Assembly: GCA_938083505.1 (NCBI GenBank)
Contig: CALKCF010000010.1
Span: 1-10,000 of the forward strand
Length of the DNA stretch: 10,000 nt
From: an uncultured archaeon
Lineage (GTDB): Archaea > Thermoproteota > Nitrososphaeria_A > Caldarchaeales > Wolframiiraptoraceae
Reading direction: 5' to 3'
The first letter of the stretch is position 1. Each line of letters starts with the position of its first letter. Of this stretch, positions 1-7,096 are shown piece after piece. Both the position numbers and the translations under genes were made by a program. The notes below the pieces were generated by a model. The model did no database searches and was not told the DNA's origin. It saw nothing but the letters and a program-made list of their open reading frames with translations.

Positions 1-756
1 GTTCGTCTCTATTATCGCCTCAAGCTGAGGTGATACGACCTTTTTCCTTACTGCATCCATCGCAGCCTCTCCGTACATCTTCAGCCTCTCCCACTGGTTC
101 TCGCAGATGAGGAAAGCAAGGTCTGGACCTGCACCGAGCCACTCAGGCTTTATTGCTAGGTTCTTAGCACCAGTTCTGTAGCATGCCCTTCCTTCGAACT
201 TCTTGGATGCAGCATCACCCATACCGCCAGCTAGCCATCTGGCAGGTGCATCTGCAATTATCTTGGAGTCTATAAGGACCATCGCTGGGTTGTAATCATA
301 GAACCAATACTCTTTGAACACATGGTCTGTCGTGTATATTACGGATAATGCGCTTGTCGGAGCATCCGTCGCGGCAATTGTCGGTATTACTACAACCTCT
401 CCGCCTAACTTACTAGCTATTGCCTTACCAGCATCTATGGCCTTTCCTCCACCAGCTACTATTACTCCGTCGCACCCATTGTCCTTTCCAATCTTCGTTA
501 ATCTCTCTATCTCTGGCTCGCAGCACTCAGGACCGTATGGAACACCTTCTCCGAACACCGCCTCTACGAACTTCACACCTTCTTTCTCAAGGCCCGCTTG
601 GAACCCTTTTTTTCTGCACGCTTCTAGTGCCCTCTTTCCACCCATCAATAGCGGTTTTTTCACGTAAATCTTCGTTAACTTTGGAGCGACTTTTAACGCA
701 TCCGGACCCATTACGAACCTCCTTGGGAATATCATCATCTTTATGCCTGGCAACAT
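1..756 (-). CDS. gldA: Glycerol dehydrogenase (GldA-type, family III metal-dependent polyol dehydrogenase), 3' end truncated by the window edge
   Basis: Manually translated, open for 252 codons from ATG at 756 to base 1: MLPGIKMMIFPRRFVMGPDAL...ECCEPEIERL...VAGGGKAIDAGKAIA...IPTIAATDAPTSALSVIYT...NPAMVLIDSKIIADAPARWLAGGMGDA...FEGRACYRTGA...LEAIIETN. These match GldA motifs (GGGKxxD, PTIASTDAPxSALSVIY, APxRxLxxGxGD). The C-terminal Zn-binding histidines would lie outside the window. Confidence 0.9.
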   Translation of the reverse strand, partial: MLPGIKMMIFPRRFVMGPDALKVAPKLTKIYVKKPLLMGGKRALEACRKKGFQAGLEKEGVKFVEAVFGEGVPYGPECCEPEIERLTKIGKDNGCDGVIVAGGGKAIDAGKAIASKLGGEVVVIPTIAATDAPTSALSVIYTTDHVFKEYWFYDYNPAMVLIDSKIIADAPARWLAGGMGDAASKKFEGRACYRTGAKNLAIKPEWLGAGPDLAFLICENQWERLKMYGEAAMDAVRKKVVSPQLEAIIETN

Positions 757-793
757 TTTTACATCACAAAGGTTATGGTTAGGGTCAATTGGG

Positions 794-808
794 TTAATAA
801 GATTTTCG
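794..808 (-). promoter_or_regulatory. Archaeal BRE + TATA promoter of gldA
   Basis: Minus strand reads CGAAAA-TC-TTATTAA (808 to 794), about 40 nt upstream of the ATG at 756. The short leader contains an SD-like GTGATG (767 to 762). Confidence 0.6.
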
Positions 809-939
809 GAAATTTTTAGACTCCCCTAACCTTGCAGAATTCCTCAAGTAAGAGCTAATTCTAAAGATTATAGAGGTCCCCCCCATCGCTAACTTTTTCT
901 TTATAAACTCGTTCGAGACGCCGCTGTGCCTTTCTATCG

Positions 940-961
940 CTCTAATAATTCTCTAATAATT
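940..961. repeat. Perfect tandem direct repeat CTCTAATAATT x2, candidate operator
   Basis: Identical 11-mers at 940-950 and 951-961, just upstream of the putative ttrB TATA box. Confidence 0.7.
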
Positions 962-973
962 TTACGAACATAA

Positions 974-986
974 ATAAATTTATATT
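974..986 (+). promoter_or_regulatory. TATA box of the ttrBCA-type operon (probably leaderless mRNA)
   Basis: TTTATAT at 979-985 lies 25-31 nt before ATG 1010, and no SD motif precedes that ATG. The region is very AT-rich, so exact placement is uncertain. Confidence 0.5.
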
Positions 987-1009
987 TATTTTATCTTTCT
1001 ATTTATTTA

Positions 1010-1654
1010 ATGTTGGATCAGACAAGAAGAGACTTTATTAAAACAGCTTCAACATTTTTCGTCGCTTTAACCTCATCATTGGTACCTGTTGTTTCTGAAA
1101 AGACCTCAAAAAGATACAGTATGTTAATCGATGTTGAGAAGTGCTTTGGTTGTATGGCCTGTGTAGTTGCTTGCGCCGCTGAGAACAACGTTCCGCTTGG
1201 ATGCTTTAGAACTTGGATAGAGTATGTGGAAAAACCTTATGGAACAAAAATTTTCATCCCCAAACAGTGCAACCATTGTGATGACCCGCCATGCGTGCCT
1301 CCATGCCCAACAGGTGCCACATATAAAACATCTGACGGCTTGGTGTTGGTCAATGACGAACTTTGTATAGGTTGCGGAGCATGTGTGAAAGCCTGTCCAT
1401 ACGGAGCCCGTTTCATAAACCCAATTAAGGGCGTGGCTGATAAATGCACTTTCTGCGACCACCGCCTAGCTCAAGGTCTTCTGCCAGCTTGCGTCGAGGC
1501 ATGTCCAACAGGATCAAGGATATTCGGATCACTAAATGAGTATAATGAGCTTTCAATGATTGTCCGGAGCAAGCCAACCCAAGTTCTTAAGCCCCACACG
1601 GGAGCCAAACCACAGATATACTATCTCGGTCTACCTGATGAGGTGAACAAGTGA
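1010..1654 (+). CDS. ttrB: Tat-exported 4x[4Fe-4S] electron-transfer subunit (TtrB/NrfC/PsrB family)
   Basis: Twin-arginine motif TRRDFIK followed by a short hydrophobic stretch; four Cys groups CFGCMACVVAC, CNHCDDPPCVPPCP, CIGCGACVKACP and CTFC...PACVEACP; first gene of a B-C-A operon. Confidence 0.9.
   Translation: MLDQTRRDFIKTASTFFVALTSSLVPVVSEKTSKRYSMLIDVEKCFGCMACVVACAAENNVPLGCFRTWIEYVEKPYGTKIFIPKQCNHCDDPPCVPPCPTGATYKTSDGLVLVNDELCIGCGACVKACPYGARFINPIKGVADKCTFCDHRLAQGLLPACVEACPTGSRIFGSLNEYNELSMIVRSKPTQVLKPHTGAKPQIYYLGLPDEVNK
1640..1646 (+). promoter_or_regulatory. Shine-Dalgarno motif for the membrane anchor gene
   Basis: GAGGTGA ends 9 nt before the GTG start at 1656, inside the 3' end of ttrB. 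Confidence 0.7.
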
Positions 1655-1655
1655 G

Positions 1656-2777
1656 GTGCTCCCGGGCTATTATTATCCGAATGAGGCGATAGAGCCCCTT
1701 CTATGGCATCCTGTCTTATTTGCGTACACTTTGCTTATTTCTGGGGTCGACCTGCTTATCTTAGCTTCGCTTGCATATATTTCCGGCTATCTTAAGAGGA
1801 CAATTCCACTGATGACAATGCTGGGTATAAGTTTCTTCGTAGTAGTTCTTTTAGGACCTCTAGCAGATCTCCGCTCACCACACAATGCTGTCTTAATACT
1901 TACAGCAGCACACCTCTCGTCTACACCAACGAACCCAGGCATCTCTCTGATAGCATTGCAGACATACGCTTGGATAATAGGTTTAATTCTATCAATAATC
2001 TTCGCTGTTCTGGTGTTTTCATACCGTTTCTACCAAGCATCTCTTACGGCCAAGGGTGTTAGGAAGAAGATTTACCAGCTATTGTCACTAAACGTCACAA
2101 CATCTGAGAATTATAGAAAGGCAGAGTTTGCAGCAAAAATCATCGCCGTAGCCATGCTACCGCCACTGGCCATGTGGGGAATCTATCCGGCTTCGCTGTT
2201 CCTCACTCAGACATGGAATCCGATATGGCGTGGATGGCCCTTGCTTCCAGTAATATACTTCGCCGATACATTCGTCGTAGCTACGGCTATCTTCATATTC
2301 GTCTACTATCTATTGAGGTTAAAGAGTTTGGAGCATGAAATTATTTCGCCAGTTCTAAAGATACACGCGGCCGGCTCTCTTTCCGTGGCAGCGCTATCAG
2401 GACTACAGGTTGCTATATGGTGGCTCTGGTCTCCTTTCATGAGTGAGATGGTTACGCCGCTTCTTCCTCTGATGTATGCAGTAATCGTTTTGCTCCTTCT
2501 ATCATTCCTTCTATCGCTTATATCAATTCGATATCCGATGGCCAGTATAACGGTATCCATAGTAGCCTTGACTGGCACCTTAACTAACAAATGGAATATA
2601 ATAATCAACGGACAGCTGATCTCTAAAACAGGACTTGCATTCCTAGAAGCGGAGCTCTACGCTCCTTGGATTTTAGAGATGATGGCACCAATAGCGGCGG
2701 GTGTGGTTCTCTTCATTATACTTTCAAGTATTTTTCCACTTGAGGTGATCGATCGATGGTCAGTAGAAGGACGGTAG
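1656..2777 (+). CDS. ttrC: NrfD/PsrC-family quinol-interacting membrane anchor (TtrC-like)
   Basis: 373 aa with roughly 9 hydrophobic segments by eye; family-like motifs GPLADLRSPHN, WGIYPASLF...WNPIW and KWNIIINGQ; GTG start with SD; 1-nt gap from ttrB and 22-nt overlap with the catalytic gene. Confidence 0.85.
   Translation: MLPGYYYPNEAIEPLLWHPVLFAYTLLISGVDLLILASLAYISGYLKRTIPLMTMLGISFFVVVLLGPLADLRSPHNAVLILTAAHLSSTPTNPGISLIALQTYAWIIGLILSIIFAVLVFSYRFYQASLTAKGVRKKIYQLLSLNVTTSENYRKAEFAAKIIAVAMLPPLAMWGIYPASLFLTQTWNPIWRGWPLLPVIYFADTFVVATAIFIFVYYLLRLKSLEHEIISPVLKIHAAGSLSVAALSGLQVAIWWLWSPFMSEMVTPLLPLMYAVIVLLLLSFLLSLISIRYPMASITVSIVALTGTLTNKWNIIINGQLISKTGLAFLEAELYAPWILEMMAPIAAGVVLFIILSSIFPLEVIDRWSVEGR
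2742..2748 (+). promoter_or_regulatory. Shine-Dalgarno motif for the catalytic subunit gene
   Basis: GAGGTGA ends 7 nt before ATG 2756, inside ttrC, consistent with translational coupling. Confidence 0.75.
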
Positions 2778-5700
2778 TCAAAGGAGTTCTCGGTGCCGCA
2801 TCTTTAGGCATATTCCTTGCAGGTTATCTGAACACCATTGAGAGAATCATAAAACCATCAGTAACGCTTTACAAGCCAGACAAGCTCACAGGCCCTGATG
2901 TAAGGTATGTATACTCGTCCTGCCTGGGCTGCAACGTTAGATGCGGAATCAGAGTCAGAGTCTCACTTAATGACGGATTGGAGGTCATAGAGAGAATTGA
3001 AGGCAATCCTTACCATCCGTACAATAGATACGTCTCAGCAGATCATCAGCTCCGCCGCTACGACACGCTAGAGTACAAAACACCCGTACAGCAATCCCTT
3101 AAAGTTAGCGGGACGCTCTGCCCTCGCGGTCAGGATGGAATACACTACGTTTACGACCCATATAGAATTGTCAAACCTTTGAAGAGAGCGGGGCCGAGGG
3201 GAAGCGGCAAGTGGAAGACCATCAGCTGGGAGCGGTTGATCAATGAGATCGTTGAGGGAGGAGTTATAGAGGAGACTGGTGAGAGGTTACCTGGCCTCAG
3301 GGAACTGTTTACATACGGAAGGCTGAAGGACGCAGGCTTCGAAAATCCTAACGAGGTTCTAACAAGTATCAAGAAAGACGTCGATGAACTGATTGCTAAG
3401 GCTGCTGACAGAAAAGTCACGGCAGAGGAGCTTGATAAAACACTCAACAACTTCAAGGAGAAATGGTCCAAGATACTCGGCGAGAAAGGGCTGAGGCTAG
3501 AAGATGTGCTGATAGATCCTAACAATCCAGACCTAGGCACAAAAGCCAACATGCTTGTCTACATGCGGGGAAGGGGTCAGGACAATGCCGACACTTTCAC
3601 CAACAGATTCATAACGGCTTTCGGTAGCGTTAACTGGCTGCGCCACACATCGGCGTGCCAGCTTGGTTTCTATACAGGAAACTACCTTTGGTCAGGATAC
3701 TATGACATAAACCCGGACATTTTCAATGCTAAGGTACTGATAATGGCGGGCGCGGCCATGGGCAGAATACATCCCGGAACGACGGGGCAGGGTTTGTTAG
3801 TGGAGAGGGCTACTGAAGGCAAGTTGAAGATTTACTACGTCAACCCCCTGTCGCCTAGATGTTCTGCCGGCGACAACATAGTCTGGGTACCGATAAAACC
3901 CGGTACAGATGCGGCCCTGGCGCTTGCCATCGCGCAGATACTCATCCAAAATGGCTGGATAAACAAAGCATTTCTTGAAAAGCCATCTAAGAAAGCGGCT
4001 GAAAAGATAGGCTACCCGTATCACAGCAATGCCACATGGCTCGTAATTATGGAAGAGAACCACAGGCTCTTTGGCTCTTTTCTCACAGATAAAATGGTAG
4101 GGTTGGGAGATGAGGGCAAACCAGTCGTCTATACTAAGGATGGGTTGGTGGTAAACGAAAGGGTTGAGGGTGCGGAACTAGAGTTCTCGGGTAAGGTTAG
4201 ACTTGCGACGGGCGAGGAGGTCCTAGTTAAGACCGCCTTCACAACCTTCAAGGATACTGTTTTCAGTAAGACCGTTGAGGAATGGTCTAGTATTTGCGGT
4301 GTACCGGTAGAGACAATCAGAGAGATGGCTAAGGACTTCGGCGAAGCAGCTCCGAAAGCAGCCACGTACATCCATAGGGGCGTGGCTCAGCATCCTAACG
4401 GAGAATATACAGTCTGGACCTTGCGCTGCCTCGACATGCTTGTCGGAAACTTTCACAGGGCAGGCGGGCTATTAGGAAGACCTTCAACGACAAGTTACAA
4501 CAACTACCTCTACAACTGCGGGACCAGTGGCTTCGGCGAGCCTTTACGGTGGGGGCCGCCAATAGACAGACATAGAGCAGAATATGAGAAGACGCTGCTC
4601 TATTATAGGAAGGTTAAGAGGGGTGAAAACCCGTATCCTGCTAAAAGGCCTTGGTACCCGCTATCGCCTGAGGAAAGCTACACAGAGCTCTTCGCTGGCA
4701 TAGACCAGGCTTACCCGTACCCGGTAAAGGCCCTGATACTATACTTCGCCAATCCCGTCATCGCAGTCAACAACGGCCTAAAGTTCGTGGAAGTTCTCAA
4801 AGATACACGAAAGTTACCGCTTTTCATCGGCATAACCACAACCATAAACGAGACCTACCTATATGCAGACTATATCGTCCCAGACACAACATACCTCGAG
4901 ACAGGTACTAACGGTGTCCAGTTCCTTTACAGCGGCGGAATGGGTCGGCTACTCGCCGAGTCTTGGAGGTCACCTGCGATAATGCCCTTGACGGAGCGGA
5001 TAGCCGACGCTCCTGACGGAAGCCCACGGTATGCCTCAATGTGGGAGTTCTTCATAGATGTCGGAAAATCTCTCAAAATGCCTGGCTATGGTGATAGAGC
5101 AATACCTGGAACTAAAGGTAGAAATTATGAGGGCCAGTGGTTCCCGCTCCACAGCTTTTGGGACTACATTACGAAAATTTATGCTAACGGGGCTGTTAAC
5201 GCAGCCGACATAGGTATAGTTCCGAAGGAAGTACCTATTGAGGATATAAGGTTTGTTGAGGAAAACTATCCGATAGCAAATTTCAAAAACAAGCTACCCG
5301 AGGAAGAGTGGCGATTTGCAGCTTACTGTCTGGCGCGAGGAGGAGTCTTCACAAAATATGAAGAGTCCTTCAACGAGACAGGATTCTCGAGACGTGGTGT
5401 CCCCGGAACGGGTGTTCTCCAGTTCTGGAACGAAAGACTTGCTAAGACGTATAACACGATAACTGGCAAGAATTTCTGGGGAGGACCAGGATACTTTGAG
5501 CCTGCAACCTACGCACCGGTAGGAGAGGACCTCAAAACCGTTCCTTTTGCCGGAACTTTGTTAAGAGAGCTTTATCCAGAAAACCAATATCCGTTCAATC
5601 TCGTGTTTGAGTCAGGTCCATTTTACACAAAGCATCGCAGCAGCAACTACTACTGGATAAAGATGATACTACCCGAGAACTTTGTTTTGATAAACGAATC

Positions 5701-6205
5701 AGACGCCCAAGTTCTTGGCTTGAAGACTGGAGACATCGTAATCATTGAATCACCTGAAGGCTCCATAGAGGCTCCGGCGGTCGTTACCTCTTCAATCATG
5801 AGAGGGGTTGTCGCCATCCCCTATGGGATGGGCAGGTGGGTTGAGACGTTAGTGGTTAAACCGCGGTACATTAGCCTGAGAAGGGGCGGTGAAATATTGG
5901 ATGCTTTACCGGAGAAAGTCGACATTCCTGAAGATGCTGTGAACCCTGTCAAACAATTGCCCGCATTAGTTAAGAAGATACTATTCACCGAAAGGCCCAG
6001 CGAATACTTTGAGAAAGGACTGGCCATCGATGAATGGAGATTCAACGGCGTAACTCCTAATCCAATAGAGTTAAGCGACCAATCGCTAGGCAACTGGCCT
6101 CTACTGACATGGCTGGGGGCAGGGCAGTCGTATTATAGCAATCCCGTCAAAATCACGAAGAGCGGGAAGCTGAGAAAACTGATGCCACATCGGATAGTCT
6201 GGTGA
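2756..6205 (+). CDS. ttrA: Mo/W-bisPGD oxidoreductase catalytic subunit, tetrathionate reductase A-like (TtrA/SrdA/archaeal arsenate reductase group); substrate not determined
   Basis: Tat-like SRRTVVK plus hydrophobic region; FS0 motif C56-x2-C59-x3-C63-x58-C122 with a GNPYHP-containing long spacer typical of TtrA; DPYRIVKPLKRAGPRGSGKWKTISW; EIVEGG; IDPNNPDLGTKAN; putative metal ligand Cys301 in FGSVNWLRHTSAC; ETYLYADYIVPDTTYLE; C-terminal dinucleotide-binding domain (INESDAQVLGLKTGD...GVVAIPYGMG). Confidence 0.88.
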   Translation: MVSRRTVVKGVLGAASLGIFLAGYLNTIERIIKPSVTLYKPDKLTGPDVRYVYSSCLGCNVRCGIRVRVSLNDGLEVIERIEGNPYHPYNRYVSADHQLRRYDTLEYKTPVQQSLKVSGTLCPRGQDGIHYVYDPYRIVKPLKRAGPRGSGKWKTISWERLINEIVEGGVIEETGERLPGLRELFTYGRLKDAGFENPNEVLTSIKKDVDELIAKAADRKVTAEELDKTLNNFKEKWSKILGEKGLRLEDVLIDPNNPDLGTKANMLVYMRGRGQDNADTFTNRFITAFGSVNWLRHTSACQLGFYTGNYLWSGYYDINPDIFNAKVLIMAGAAMGRIHPGTTGQGLLVERATEGKLKIYYVNPLSPRCSAGDNIVWVPIKPGTDAALALAIAQILIQNGWINKAFLEKPSKKAAEKIGYPYHSNATWLVIMEENHRLFGSFLTDKMVGLGDEGKPVVYTKDGLVVNERVEGAELEFSGKVRLATGEEVLVKTAFTTFKDTVFSKTVEEWSSICGVPVETIREMAKDFGEAAPKAATYIHRGVAQHPNGEYTVWTLRCLDMLVGNFHRAGGLLGRPSTTSYNNYLYNCGTSGFGEPLRWGPPIDRHRAEYEKTLLYYRKVKRGENPYPAKRPWYPLSPEESYTELFAGIDQAYPYPVKALILYFANPVIAVNNGLKFVEVLKDTRKLPLFIGITTTINETYLYADYIVPDTTYLETGTNGVQFLYSGGMGRLLAESWRSPAIMPLTERIADAPDGSPRYASMWEFFIDVGKSLKMPGYGDRAIPGTKGRNYEGQWFPLHSFWDYITKIYANGAVNAADIGIVPKEVPIEDIRFVEENYPIANFKNKLPEEEWRFAAYCLARGGVFTKYEESFNETGFSRRGVPGTGVLQFWNERLAKTYNTITGKNFWGGPGYFEPATYAPVGEDLKTVPFAGTLLRELYPENQYPFNLVFESGPFYTKHRSSNYYWIKMILPENFVLINESDAQVLGLKTGDIVIIESPEGSIEAPAVVTSSIMRGVVAIPYGMGRWVETLVVKPRYISLRRGGEILDALPEKVDIPEDAVNPVKQLPALVKKILFTERPSEYFEKGLAIDEWRFNGVTPNPIELSDQSLGNWPLLTWLGAGQSYYSNPVKITKSGKLRKLMPHRIVW

Positions 6206-6231
6206 AGAGGGCACCTGGAACTTGACACTAT

Positions 6232-6245
6232 TGAACCATGGTTCA
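6232..6245. repeat. Perfect 14-bp palindrome TGAACCATGGTTCA between convergent genes
   Basis: Read directly; its right end (6243-6245) is the stop codon of the minus-strand methyltransferase. Confidence 0.8.
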
Positions 6246-6959
6246 TCTTCTATAAGCTAAGCGACATGTTGGTGAGAATGCTGCTGACTTGTTGCTCAAT
6301 AGCGTTTCTAATGCTAACCATGATTTTTTGAATTTAACTGCCCGCTGACGAGATTTAAAACATTTAAAGATAAAATTCAAACCGAACATAAAATATCTAA
6401 TCTCTATCTTTGGGAATATACTTAAGACTTCTTCCAATTGGCGTCTTGTATAGTTTCTGTGGAAAGGCTCAGATACGGGACAGGTCGTAAGAAGGTATCT
6501 TCTAAAACGCCATACTGGATGAATGCTCGGAACGGTACCAAATAAGATACCTTCTTCTCTTAAGACTCTATAAAATTCTTTAACAGCCTTTTTCGGAGAC
6601 GGTAAATGTTCTAAAACTTCTGTACAAATAATCAAATCGAAACAATTATCTCTGAATGGTAGATATTCCAAATCTGCTTGAATCAGTTCTTTATCTTTTA
6701 TCCTTGAATGTAGCCTCTTTAGATTCCATAAATTTATATCGACACCGACGACAGGTGGAGGGATATGTGTTGTTATCAATCCAGTTCCACAACCTGCGTC
6801 GAGGAAACAGCCAGACTTAGGTATTTTGGACAACTCTTTCAAATAGATTCTAGCCCTAAAACCATGATAGAGCTTCTCAAGATTTCTAGGATCGGTAAGC
6901 CAGTCGTAGCGTTCCTCATTAATGTAGTAAAACTTAACTTGGTAATTCTGTAAAACCAT
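6243..6959 (-). CDS. Class I SAM-dependent methyltransferase (Methyltransf_11-like), substrate unknown
   Basis: Motif I FLDAGCGTG, acidic residue in VGVDIN, QADLEYLPFRDNCFDLIICTEVLEHL, EFYRVLREEGILFGTVP, and FHRNYT. Confidence 0.9.
   Translation of the reverse strand: MVLQNYQVKFYYINEERYDWLTDPRNLEKLYHGFRARIYLKELSKIPKSGCFLDAGCGTGLITTHIPPPVVGVDINLWNLKRLHSRIKDKELIQADLEYLPFRDNCFDLIICTEVLEHLPSPKKAVKEFYRVLREEGILFGTVPSIHPVWRFRRYLLTTCPVSEPFHRNYTRRQLEEVLSIFPKIEIRYFMFGLNFIFKCFKSRQRAVKFKKSWLALETLLSNKSAAFSPTCRLAYRR
6324..6329 (+). terminator. Possible archaeal oligo-U terminator of the ttr operon
   Basis: First T6 run after the ttrA stop, about 120 nt downstream. The same context CATGATTTTTT recurs at 9932-9942, downstream of the other plus-strand gene. 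Confidence 0.3.
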
Positions 6960-7096
6960 AATCGGGTAGGTGTTTGCATCAAATAAATTAATTTTTTGCT
7001 GTTATCCAAGCATAATCGAACTTACGGGCCTCGTAATGAAATCTTCGGTAAACAAGTTAAACTTATTTTTAACCTCTAATTCAATATAAGATAGTT
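6960..7096. promoter_or_regulatory. Divergent promoter region with a central imperfect palindrome
   Basis: AT-rich TATA-like boxes about 25-30 nt before each ATG (minus: GCAAAAAATTAATTTA near 6999-6984; plus: TTTTTAA at 7066-7072); TTACG-GGCCT-CGTAA at 7022-7036 sits midway between the starts. Confidence 0.45.

Noticed and set aside
1-756. Alternative call as glycerol-1-phosphate dehydrogenase (egsA)
   Set aside because: The TDAPTSALSVIY and APARWLAGGMGD motifs follow GldA rather than the EgsA-type DGIxS motif.
314-782. Plus-strand ORFs 314-667 and 420-782
   Set aside because: They are antisense shadows of the gldA frame, have non-ATG starts and show no recognisable motifs.
878-884. C7 homopolymer in the divergent promoter region (possible ORB G-string or slippage site)
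   Set aside because: No adjacent TCCA...GGAA ORB core, no repeated copies, no cdc6 in the window, and seven bases is short for phase variation.
2746-2762. GATCGATCGAT repeat/palindrome between the SD and start codon of the catalytic gene
   Set aside because: Short, constrained by overlapping coding and SD sequence, and any hairpin would be weak.
3656-3658. Possible selenocysteine at the metal-ligand position or TGA read-through in the operon
   Set aside because: The ligand codon is TGC (Cys), the ORF has no internal TGA, and the terminal TGA stops fall where the proteins appear complete.
1124-6093. Minus-strand ORFs inside the ttr operon (1124-1462, 1237-1449, 2306-2608, 3151-3552, 3797-4063, 4129-4371, 4223-4456, 5821-6093)
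   Set aside because: All lie fully antisense to well-supported genes; several have the Ser/Leu/Phe-rich composition typical of shadow frames.
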